A stretch of 64,000 nucleotides of DNA from a virus. The translations under genes were made by a program, and so were the position numbers. Location: positions 42,546 to 106,545 of IMG/VR virus record IMGVR_UViG_3300046673_000306; one strand, written 5' to 3'. The first letter of the stretch is position 1. Each line of letters starts with the position of its first letter. Under the pieces are notes generated by a model, which did no database searches, was not told where the DNA came from, and saw nothing but the letters and a program-made list of their open reading frames with translations. Of this stretch, positions 8,788 through 16,682 are shown piece by piece.

Positions 8788-9378
8788 ATGACCGAGGAGA
8801 AGAAGGCCGAGATGTGGCTGAAGCGCCACACGTCTTACGACTGCGCGATCTGCGGCGTGGCCCACGAGCCCGCCCAGCGCCCGAAGGTGGAATATGGCAA
8901 GCTGACCAAGGCCCAGCGCCTGCTCTGGGACGTGGCCTCCACTTACGAGTACCACTCCCGCTTCGTGGTCGGGTCCGAGGAGGGTGAGGCCGTGAAGCGG
9001 ATCAAGGCCTGGCTGAAGCCCGGAGACACCGTCTACACCGTGCTCCGGCGCCGGTCGTCGTCCGGGACGTGTAGCCACATCTCGACCCTGGGGATAGAGG
9101 TCGAGGGCGGTAAGCCCCGGATCGTGGACTACACCTGGAACGTGGCCAAGATCGTGGGCTGGAAGATGGACCGCGACACCGGCGGGATCGTGATCAGCGG
9201 CGGCGGCATGGACATGGGCTTTCACCTGGTTTATACCCTGAGCCGGATCGTCTTCGCCAAGTTCCCGTGCATCGGCGGAGCCTGCCCGAGCAACGACCAC
9301 GTAAACGGCGACCGGAACCACGAGGTCGGCCACCTGCACAGCGATGGGGGCTACGCGCTGAAGCGCCAGTGGATGTAG
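8788..9378 (+). CDS. conserved-type phage hypothetical protein
   Basis: LKPGDTVYTVLR..S.SG and GGGMDMGFHLVYTLSR motifs; GGAGGAG RBS. Confidence 0.75.
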   Translation: MTEEKKAEMWLKRHTSYDCAICGVAHEPAQRPKVEYGKLTKAQRLLWDVASTYEYHSRFVVGSEEGEAVKRIKAWLKPGDTVYTVLRRRSSSGTCSHISTLGIEVEGGKPRIVDYTWNVAKIVGWKMDRDTGGIVISGGGMDMGFHLVYTLSRIVFAKFPCIGGACPSNDHVNGDRNHEVGHLHSDGGYALKRQWM

Positions 9379-9388
9379 GAGGGGGACA

Positions 9389-9610
9389 ATGAAGCTACGC
9401 TATGTCAGGGCATCGGGGGTCAGAAGTTTCTTTAAGGAACGTGGCTTGCGTACATCGGCTGGGTTCCTAGAATCCCTAGATCGCGAGGTCTGCGAGATGC
9501 TGGTCAAGTACCAGGTCATGGCCAAGGCGGACCGGCGCAGGACTGTGCTGGCCTGCGATATTTCCCTTCCTGGGGTGATCGCTAAACTCAGTCGGGGGAT
9601 GCGCCGATAA
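9389..9610 (+). CDS. bacterial-type histone-fold protein (Bd0055-like)
   Basis: YVRASGVRSFFKERGLRTSAGFLESLDREVCEMLVKYQVMAKADRRRTVLACDI aligns by eye to Bd0055-type histones, including the R-T-x4-D L2/alpha3 signature; GGAGG RBS. Confidence 0.8.
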   Translation: MKLRYVRASGVRSFFKERGLRTSAGFLESLDREVCEMLVKYQVMAKADRRRTVLACDISLPGVIAKLSRGMRR

Positions 9611-9671
9611 TCGTCGATACAATATAAAATTGCCCCATTTCTGGACTTATTACCCCATTACCGACAGAATC

Positions 9672-10430
9672 TCAGGCTGCGGGGGCCCTGTCGGGCTCCC
9701 CGATCTGATCCTGGCAGTAGTTCCTGAAAATTCCAGCGAAAACGCCCCTGGATATCAGCTCCCGATACCAGGCCTTCCTCAGCAGGTCCGTGGACGCGGG
9801 GTCAAAGGCGCTCCCGCAGTCCAGGATCGCGACCGGGACCTTGAGACCGGCGTAGGCCTGCTCGTCCTCCATGAGACCGGCCACAGGCTTGGGCTTGCGC
9901 CGGGTCCGCTTCGAGACCTCTCGGATCACGCCGTCGGCCAGCTCCGCAGCACCTCCGACGCCGTTGTGCCTGATCTCCAGGCCGTCGTCCTCGACGTAGT
10001 TCGTGATGTTGATCGCGACCACGATATCGGCGCGGATGTGCCTGGCGAAGTTGATCCTGGCGTTCTGATCCTGCTCCAGGCACGTCTTCCCCTGCCCCCA
10101 GACGTCCTGCGACAGGTGCTCCTCCGTGGGGTTGGGCCTGAGGCTGGGCCTCATCCTGGCGTAGCGCAGGTAGTGGCTCGCGCTCTCGTGGAACAGCGGG
10201 TACTGGGACTTCCCGATCTCCGAGTGCGACCGCCTCATGCACCGGGTCGCGAAGATGTCGGCGCCGATGATCCTGAGGAGGTCGTAGACGGTGGAGGAAA
10301 TCTCTGACGTGATGATGTCTCCTGGAACCCCGACTACGGGCTTCCTTTGGTAGCGCCATTCGGCCTTGTCGTCCCGATAGAGCCCACCGAGGGGGTCGAG
10401 CAGGATTCTGCGTCCTCTGATGTCGTTCAT
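9672..10430 (-). CDS. N-acetylmuramoyl-L-alanine amidase (Amidase_3)-fold protein with degenerate active site
   Basis: RILLDPLGG / ATR / ARINFAR..ADIVVAIN / PVAILDCG follow the Amidase_3 motif order, but the His/Glu ligands are substituted. Confidence 0.65.
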   Translation of the reverse strand: MNDIRGRRILLDPLGGLYRDDKAEWRYQRKPVVGVPGDIITSEISSTVYDLLRIIGADIFATRCMRRSHSEIGKSQYPLFHESASHYLRYARMRPSLRPNPTEEHLSQDVWGQGKTCLEQDQNARINFARHIRADIVVAINITNYVEDDGLEIRHNGVGGAAELADGVIREVSKRTRRKPKPVAGLMEDEQAYAGLKVPVAILDCGSAFDPASTDLLRKAWYRELISRGVFAGIFRNYCQDQIGEPDRAPAA

Positions 10431-10435
10431 CTTTG

Positions 10436-11170
10436 TCACCAATTCGTCCTGAGGATGATGCCGCCGCCCCAACCACCGGTCCATCCGGGGCCACCGCTGA
10501 CCCCAACCTCGGTGTTGTCCATGTGCATAAACTTCGGGGTGAAGTCGTCGACGTGTCGTGTGAGTTCCAGACCCGGGTAGAAGAGATTGGCCTGGACCAG
10601 CCCAGACCAGCGGTGCCAATAGTAGTATTTCCAGTCCAGGACTGGGCTGATCGGGAGGTCGAGGCCGCCGCCGCTGCTGACGCGGTAGTGGATCACGTGC
10701 CCGGGGCTGGTGACCAGGCCGAAGCCGAAGCGCGAGGTGAAGCCGTGATCCTGGACCGTGATCTGGGGCAGGGCCTCGGCCATCTGCGCGGTGGCGCTGC
10801 TGATCTGGGCCTCGATCTTGGCCGTATCCGACGAGGTCCTGGCGCCGTGGAGTTCGGCGAGGAGGGCCTGGTACTTGGCCTCCAGCTCAGACTGCTTCTT
10901 GACCACGATCTGGAGCCCGCCCTCGCTGGGGACGTACTGGGTCTGGACCACGGTCTTGCCCTGGGCGTCGCGCACGAGCTGGACCAGTTGGTTCTGCTTC
11001 AGCATGTACTTGGCGAGGACGTCCGGGGGTAGGCCCTGCTGCGCGAGCCTCATCGTGTCCTGGACCGCCACCTCCTTGTCGTGAAGGTGGATGAAGAAGA
11101 CGGCGACGCATACGGCTAGGGCCAGGGCTATGTGTTCGATACGCCGGACCCAGAGTTGTATCTCATCCAT
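10436..11170 (-). CDS. putative spanin-like lysis protein: N-terminal TM, coiled coil, C-terminal beta-strand domain
   Basis: Hydrophobic ALALAVCVAVFF, heptads, Gly/aromatic amphipathic strands, terminal Trp; follows holin and endolysin. Confidence 0.5.
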   Translation of the reverse strand: MDEIQLWVRRIEHIALALAVCVAVFFIHLHDKEVAVQDTMRLAQQGLPPDVLAKYMLKQNQLVQLVRDAQGKTVVQTQYVPSEGGLQIVVKKQSELEAKYQALLAELHGARTSSDTAKIEAQISSATAQMAEALPQITVQDHGFTSRFGFGLVTSPGHVIHYRVSSGGGLDLPISPVLDWKYYYWHRWSGLVQANLFYPGLELTRHVDDFTPKFMHMDNTEVGVSGGPGWTGGWGGGIILRTNW

Positions 11171-11585
11171 TGTCGTCGCCTCCCGCCGCCGGGGTGTCCG
11201 AGTCCGGAGCCGTGTCGTCCTTCGGGGATTCTAAGGCAACCACGGGGTTGTCGGCGTCTCCTACCGGGGCCTGGGCTTGATCACCCGCCCACCCTGAGGT
11301 CCCCGGGATTGGGAACGCGTTCGCCGAATGCTTGTCCATCTGTCCGCTCCACACGTAGTGGACGAACACCCACCCCGCGAGGCTGCCAGTGGTCGTGATC
11401 GCGGTCGTGATGCAGTCGTGGCCGTAGTGAACTACGCCGTAGACGATGATCCACGTGTAGAGCGCTAGGAACAAATAGTTCCAGAGCGCCCTGAGCGATC
11501 CCAGGTCGTGGATGAACTTCTGCACCAGGTTTATCCTAGTGAATTTCTTCGCCTTCTTGGCGAGGAAGTTGAATATCTTCTTCAT
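11163..11585 (-). CDS. putative holin (2 TM)
   Basis: Basic N-terminus, two hydrophobic segments, acidic tail; directly after the endolysin. Confidence 0.55.
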   Translation of the reverse strand: MKKIFNFLAKKAKKFTRINLVQKFIHDLGSLRALWNYLFLALYTWIIVYGVVHYGHDCITTAITTTGSLAGWVFVHYVWSGQMDKHSANAFPIPGTSGWAGDQAQAPVGDADNPVVALESPKDDTAPDSDTPAAGGDDNG

Positions 11586-11601
11586 TTTGCCTCCCAGGTC
11601 T

Positions 11602-12252
11602 TCAGACCTTTCCGATCATCGTATAGACCCCGTTCTGCATCCTCAGGACCTGACCACACCGCTTCGGGTCCCGGTAGGGTGCCCCGAGGCTCAGGTGTAG
11701 CCAGAAAACGCGGCCATACGATCTCTGCGCAGTCTCGACGATCAACTGCCCGAACAAGAATTTTTTGAGGCGACCGAACTTCCACAGCTTCTGGAATGCG
11801 TCCTCGACTCCTGCGGCTGTGTCTGCCGATCCGTCTTCATGGACGTCGGCGGCCTCGCATAGCATGTGCTGGGAATGCGTCGCCGATCCCGGGGTAACGC
11901 CATTGAGTTCGGGACAGCGGTAGCCGCTGTTGGCCACCAGCCTCTTACCGATCAGGTCCTCGGCGCGGCACAGCAGGGTGTCGACCGCCAGGAGCTTGTC
12001 GATCTGCTCCGGGGTCAGCATCCGGTTCTTGGCCTGGAGCGCGGCGTTGCTGGTCACGGTCAGCTGGTACAGCGTGCGCCGCATCAGCTTCCGGTCCGGG
12101 GCCACGATCGCTGGCCTCGGCGCGGGCGCCAGCGCCGGGATCGCCGGGGGCCTGGCCCTGGGCATCGCGCCCTGGGGGATGTAGCCCTCTCCCGAGGTCC
12201 CGGTTAGGACCCGGAAGATTCCAATGAGTAGTTCCACGAGTTTAGCCCACAT
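11602..12252 (-). CDS. endolysin, peptidase M15 (Zn D,D/L,D-peptidase)
   Basis: SGYRC.ELN..GS..SQHMLCEAAD...WLHLS motifs; GAGGAGG RBS before ATG 12252. Confidence 0.85.
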   Translation of the reverse strand: MWAKLVELLIGIFRVLTGTSGEGYIPQGAMPRARPPAIPALAPAPRPAIVAPDRKLMRRTLYQLTVTSNAALQAKNRMLTPEQIDKLLAVDTLLCRAEDLIGKRLVANSGYRCPELNGVTPGSATHSQHMLCEAADVHEDGSADTAAGVEDAFQKLWKFGRLKKFLFGQLIVETAQRSYGRVFWLHLSLGAPYRDPKRCGQVLRMQNGVYTMIGKV

Positions 12253-12287
12253 AGCGCCTCCTCTCGTCTCGGACGAAGCGGACTCGC

Positions 12288-12473
12288 CTACGCCAGCGTC
12301 CCGAAGTAGCCGACGTTTCCGCTGTACGTCTTCCCGGCAGGGACCGACTCGTCGCACAGGGTGGTGGCCACGGTACCGTCGGAGTTGAGCACCTGTATGA
12401 CGATGCGCTGCCCCGGAGTCAACCCCGAGACCTCGAACGCTTTTGTGGTTTGGCTCAATGTCATGTCAGTCAT
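12288..12473 (-). CDS. small tail-fibre-associated protein (paralog of 13212-13400)
   Basis: L.PGQ....V.N.DG.VA.TL..E..PAGKT....Y.G.L shared with 13212-13400. Confidence 0.7.
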   Translation of the reverse strand: MTDMTLSQTTKAFEVSGLTPGQRIVIQVLNSDGTVATTLCDESVPAGKTYSGNVGYFGTLA

Positions 12474-12485
12474 TTTTATTCTCCT

Positions 12486-13028
12486 TTAAGTTCTGATGAT
12501 TGGGGTGTAGGCGCGGCATGGCTGGATGTTATTGTGAGACCCGTCGCCTCCGGTGCTGCTAGAATCCTGCGACCCATAATTGGTGTTATAATTCGAGCCC
12601 CCACCTTGGTTCGGAGTATACGCGTTCAGCGCGTAGGTGGAGTGGGTGTGCGCTGGCATCTCTGCGATGGTTAGAGTATGGAGTTCTTCCCCGTATGCTC
12701 CATAGAGGGTCTTCGCCGTCAGCCCTCCGGCTATTGACGGTTCAGTTCCTAGCCCCCGGTCGAAATCGACGGCCTCGCATTTCGGGTGCTGTGAAGTCGA
12801 ACTGTGGCCGGGCAAGACCCCGTTGAGGGCGTCGCACCGGTACGCGCTATGGACGCGCATGGGGCCGACGAGCGGACGAGCTCCGCCTTCGAGCCACCCG
12901 GCAAGCATGGTGAGCTTTCCGACTTGGTCGTCGGTAACGTCGCGGTTCGCGTCCTGGAGCTTGGCGTTGTCCGTGCGCGTCATCTCATAGAGAGAGAAGT
13001 GCGTGGACAGGGATTGGTCGTCACGCAT
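12486..13028 (-). CDS. chimera: truncated M15 endolysin N-half fused to a tail-fibre tip (post-collar) segment
   Basis: LSTHFSLYEM..SAYRC.ALN..SQH..EAVD, then GEELHTLTIAEMPAHTH..STGG..HNNIQP..IIRT. Confidence 0.75.
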   Translation of the reverse strand: MRDDQSLSTHFSLYEMTRTDNAKLQDANRDVTDDQVGKLTMLAGWLEGGARPLVGPMRVHSAYRCDALNGVLPGHSSTSQHPKCEAVDFDRGLGTEPSIAGGLTAKTLYGAYGEELHTLTIAEMPAHTHSTYALNAYTPNQGGGSNYNTNYGSQDSSSTGGDGSHNNIQPCRAYTPIIRT

Positions 13029-13215
13029 TGCGCTTCCTCCTCTTCTTCTTGTAGTGGTCCTTACCTCGGCCTATCGCCTTGCGGCAATGGTCTCGGACTT
13101 CGGTCATGACCTTGACCAAGAGCTCCCGGATGTCGGCCAGGGCGCGGACGACTTCCATTGCGGAGCCGCCCACCACCACCAGGAGCTTGATGGTTTCTAT
13201 GAGCAGGTGAATCAA
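13021..13215 (-). CDS. small membrane/holin-like protein
   Basis: TTG start overlapping the upstream TGA; hydrophobic N-half and very basic tail. Confidence 0.45.
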   Translation of the reverse strand: MIHLLIETIKLLVVVGGSAMEVVRALADIRELLVKVMTEVRDHCRKAIGRGKDHYKKKRRKRNA

Positions 13216-13400
13216 CCGAGTCTCCCACCGTAGTTGAGGCTGGCGGTCAGGGTCTTGCCTCCTGCCGGGTCGCATTGGTCGTTGATTAGAGTCAAAGCGA
13301 CGCTCCCGTCGGCGTTCTTGACGACGGCGTAGAGCGACTGGCCCGGGGCCAGGGTGAAATCGACGTTTTCAGCGACGGATTTTGGGACGATGATGGCCAT
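13212..13400 (-). CDS. small tail-fibre-associated (chaperone-like) protein
   Basis: Directly after the tail fibre; GGAGG RBS; paralog of 12288-12473. Confidence 0.7.
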   Translation of the reverse strand: MAIIVPKSVAENVDFTLAPGQSLYAVVKNADGSVALTLINDQCDPAGGKTLTASLNYGGRLG

Positions 13401-13408
13401 GAGACCTC

Positions 13409-16400
13409 CTATTGATACCTGATGATGAACATGACGTTGGCGTTCTTCGGGCGGGACTCTTGGTTCCCACCAGTCGGGCTGTCGATGATGTTACCCGTGT
13501 TAGCGGCCTGCGGGTACGGCCAGTATGCTCCCGCGCCGCCGCTCAGATTTCCGGAGGCGGGATTCATCGGGTGGAGATGACCTCGGTCCACGTCCATCTC
13601 GTAGGAGCCCACAGTGTTGCCGCTCCGGCCGCCAGGCAGACGGTTGAAGCGAGATGCGGCATCGGGGTCGGTGAGAGAGTCGGTAGAGTCGTGGCTCCAA
13701 CCTCTAGGGAAGCACCCGCGCATGTCCGGGAGGTTGAAGTGGGTCCCGTCCGGGGTGCCCCACCGGTCTCCGATGACCGCGTAGAGGTCGGGATACGAGA
13801 CCGTGAGCAGGCTCGTCCCGTCGCACTCCATCCATCCCGCAGGCGCGTTCGGCCCGCAGAACATGGTCATCGAGCCGACCGGGACCGAGGCGAGGGTCGT
13901 CCACGCTGCGGAGGACGGGCTGGTGGCCACCGGTACCTGGCCGACCGTCGGGGTCCCGGTCACGGGTATCGACAACGACCTAAGGAAGGGCCTGACGTCC
14001 TTGATATTCCCCTGGGTCACGATCGGAGATGATCCGTTGTTGTAGACGCAGACGACCTCGGCCAGGACCAGACCCGGCGTCGGGTATGGCGGAGGCGTCG
14101 ACGGAGTCAAGAGCGAGTATCCGGCAGAATTCTCGGGTACGGTGTTTAGGTTCCCGGAATCATCCAGATAAACCAGGCCCACGTAGCTGTTGGCGGCCAG
14201 GGCCAGAGGCACGGACGGGAGAGCGATGCTGCCTCCAGAGCACTGGACCTTGTTCGCACCGTCACTAGCAACGAAGTAGGGACCAGTTGCGACGTTCAGG
14301 TTGATATCCGGTGTCGCCGAGGCGTATGGCCGCAGCTGGTCGAGGCCGACCTCGGAGATGAAACCGTTGGTGCTCATGGCCGCGTTCATCCCGATCTCGA
14401 TCTGCTGAAGCGCTCCCTGGACGGTAGTGGACGTTATCTGGAAGTTGTTGGGGTTGCTCCCGGTGACCGGTTGGATTCCGACTAGGGACGCGCCTTCATC
14501 AGGCCCGACTGCCGCCAGCGTGGTATAGCTCACGAACCCGCTCTCCAGAGCCACTAGGGAGATGTTCGGGCTGTACATGGCCACCGTGGTCGCAGCCGGT
14601 GACGGGGTATTGATCCCGTAGCTCAGCTGAGACCCGACCACGCCGTTTATAAAGTAGGATGGGAGCAGGGTCTTCGGCGCCTGGAAGAAGCAGCCCGTTA
14701 CCGTGGGGTTGCTGGCGATCGGGGTCGGCAGCGTTACTCCGTCGAGGATGTTGATCGCCGCAGATGCCGAGCCCGGACCCATAATGAATGTGGTGTCGAT
14801 GATCAGGGGATTGGATATATTCGTTATGTCGATGATATCGACTGCCGCCGGTGTCCCGGAGGTGCAGTCCGCCGAGCTGAAGGTGCAGTTTGAGATCACT
14901 GGGTTCGATCCGTTCGCGACCACGGCGTTGTTCCCGTTGTTGGTGCACGAAGTGATGCTGCAAAGGGCACCCGACTTCACTACTAGACCCAGGCTCGCGG
15001 CGTTATTGCCAACGGGGGTGTCTGCGGCGTCACCGGTTCCGCCTAGGATCAGGCAGGCCGTGAACGTGGCGTTCACCGAGAGTCCGGTCATGACCACGGT
15101 CGTCACCGTGCAGTCGGAGAAGGCGGAGGTTGATGTCCCGGAGATGAACATGCAAGCCCCGACCACGACGTCGGTCCAGGTCAAGGACGTGCCCGAGACC
15201 ACGATCTGGTTGATCGTCGAGGTGATGTCGCTGCTGGTCAGGGTATTCACCGAACCGCTGAGGCTAACGCAGTCCGTGGCCGTCCCCGCCACTGGGCTAG
15301 ACAAGGACGTGATCGGGGCGATGTTAAAGTCCATGTCCACGGCAGTGAACGACTCGCTGCTATACAGGGCCCGATCATTGGATGTCACCGAGCACCCGCT
15401 GGCGATCATCGTCCCGTTGTTGACCACGGCTCCGATCCCGGGGTTCGGGCCCGTGCTGAAGGCGGTTACTTCGGTGTCGGTAATGGTCACGGTCGCGGTC
15501 GTGTTCACGACGCCCGCCGCCGAGGTCGCCCCGACCCAGTTCCCGCACCAGATATAGGAATCTTGGATCGTGAGCGTCGACCCGATATTGGCCAGGACCC
15601 CGACGGTTCCGAGGGCGCCAACAGGAGCCGTGGCCTGGCTCTCGCCGTATATCTTTTGGCCGATCAGGCAGTTGCTGATCGTAGCCGACAGGACCGACGC
15701 CCCGACGCTGACGATGACGTCGTTCCCGGTTAGGCCGACGCCGATATCCAGGCCTAGATTCGAGACCGTGACATTGTTAGCCGAGATCGTGAGCGCGTTG
15801 AAGTTCCCGCCAACGATGGGCGCGACCCTGATCGTGGTCGTCGTCGGATCAAGGCCCGTTAGCGTGACGTAGGGATTGACCATCGTTATCGGGAACTCGC
15901 TGACGTAGGTCCCGGGCTCGACCAGGACCACGTACTGGTTCGCGTATCCTACGGCGGTCGGCCCAGACATCGGTATGCTGTTTAGGGCCTCCTGGACGCT
16001 GGTGAACTGGCCCCCGGTCTGAGACACGGTAATGAGGTTGTTTGGGGAGAAGTTCTTGGACAGGGCCGCGATCGGCCTCACGTCAATCACGTCTGAGGCG
16101 TTGATCGCGGTCTGGGCCGTGTATCGGTTCACCATCGCTAAGGGGAAGGTCCAGGACCCGGTCGGGACCGCAGGGGCCAAGGGGTTGTTGACGTTGACGG
16201 ATTGCGCTATGTTGATGGAGTACTGTACCTGCTCGCGGTAGGCGCCTGGGCCAAGGGTCGGGTCCTCGATATTGGGGTACTGGGTCGCGGTGACGTCCGC
16301 TATCGAGACCGTGAGGTAGATCAAGTCTGTCCTGGGTGCGGTCGGGACACCGACAGGCATGTTGTAGATGAACTGCGGGGGCGCGCCTATGGCCTGGTGC

Positions 16401-16669
16401 AGGCCATCGGGGAGGATTAGCCGCTGGCCCTGGGTGTAGATCGCGCCCAGGGTGATGTTCACGGCATTGTCCAGGCCGCTGGCGACGACGAGGAAGCCCT
16501 CGCCCAGGGCTCCGTCAGTGATCAGGTTCTCGATGAACCGCTGCCTCTCGTTGTTCTGGATGTCCTGGAGTTCGACCATCTCGAAGTCGGCGGGGTGAGT
16601 CCCCTCCTGGAAGACCACGGTCTCGAAGCGGTTGGCTTCGTCGAAGGTTCTCTTGCTCAGCTCTGGCAT
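13409..16669 (-). CDS. tail fibre/spike with pectin-lyase-like beta-helix and C-terminal tail collar domain
   Basis: GGQFTSVQEALN..VLVEPGTY beta-helix cap; VPVGSMTMF..APAGWMECDG..YPDLYAVIG..FNLPDMRG collar; ESRPKN..FIIRY ending. Confidence 0.85.
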   Translation of the reverse strand: MPELSKRTFDEANRFETVVFQEGTHPADFEMVELQDIQNNERQRFIENLITDGALGEGFLVVASGLDNAVNITLGAIYTQGQRLILPDGLHQAIGAPPQFIYNMPVGVPTAPRTDLIYLTVSIADVTATQYPNIEDPTLGPGAYREQVQYSINIAQSVNVNNPLAPAVPTGSWTFPLAMVNRYTAQTAINASDVIDVRPIAALSKNFSPNNLITVSQTGGQFTSVQEALNSIPMSGPTAVGYANQYVVLVEPGTYVSEFPITMVNPYVTLTGLDPTTTTIRVAPIVGGNFNALTISANNVTVSNLGLDIGVGLTGNDVIVSVGASVLSATISNCLIGQKIYGESQATAPVGALGTVGVLANIGSTLTIQDSYIWCGNWVGATSAAGVVNTTATVTITDTEVTAFSTGPNPGIGAVVNNGTMIASGCSVTSNDRALYSSESFTAVDMDFNIAPITSLSSPVAGTATDCVSLSGSVNTLTSSDITSTINQIVVSGTSLTWTDVVVGACMFISGTSTSAFSDCTVTTVVMTGLSVNATFTACLILGGTGDAADTPVGNNAASLGLVVKSGALCSITSCTNNGNNAVVANGSNPVISNCTFSSADCTSGTPAAVDIIDITNISNPLIIDTTFIMGPGSASAAINILDGVTLPTPIASNPTVTGCFFQAPKTLLPSYFINGVVGSQLSYGINTPSPAATTVAMYSPNISLVALESGFVSYTTLAAVGPDEGASLVGIQPVTGSNPNNFQITSTTVQGALQQIEIGMNAAMSTNGFISEVGLDQLRPYASATPDINLNVATGPYFVASDGANKVQCSGGSIALPSVPLALAANSYVGLVYLDDSGNLNTVPENSAGYSLLTPSTPPPYPTPGLVLAEVVCVYNNGSSPIVTQGNIKDVRPFLRSLSIPVTGTPTVGQVPVATSPSSAAWTTLASVPVGSMTMFCGPNAPAGWMECDGTSLLTVSYPDLYAVIGDRWGTPDGTHFNLPDMRGCFPRGWSHDSTDSLTDPDAASRFNRLPGGRSGNTVGSYEMDVDRGHLHPMNPASGNLSGGAGAYWPYPQAANTGNIIDSPTGGNQESRPKNANVMFIIRYQ

Positions 16670-16682
16670 GGTAATGGCTCCT

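Noticed and set aside
12486-13720. Invertase-driven tail-fibre shufflon
   Set aside because: Both tips are in the same orientation, no recombinase is nearby, and I found no clear shared crossover sequence at the DNA level.
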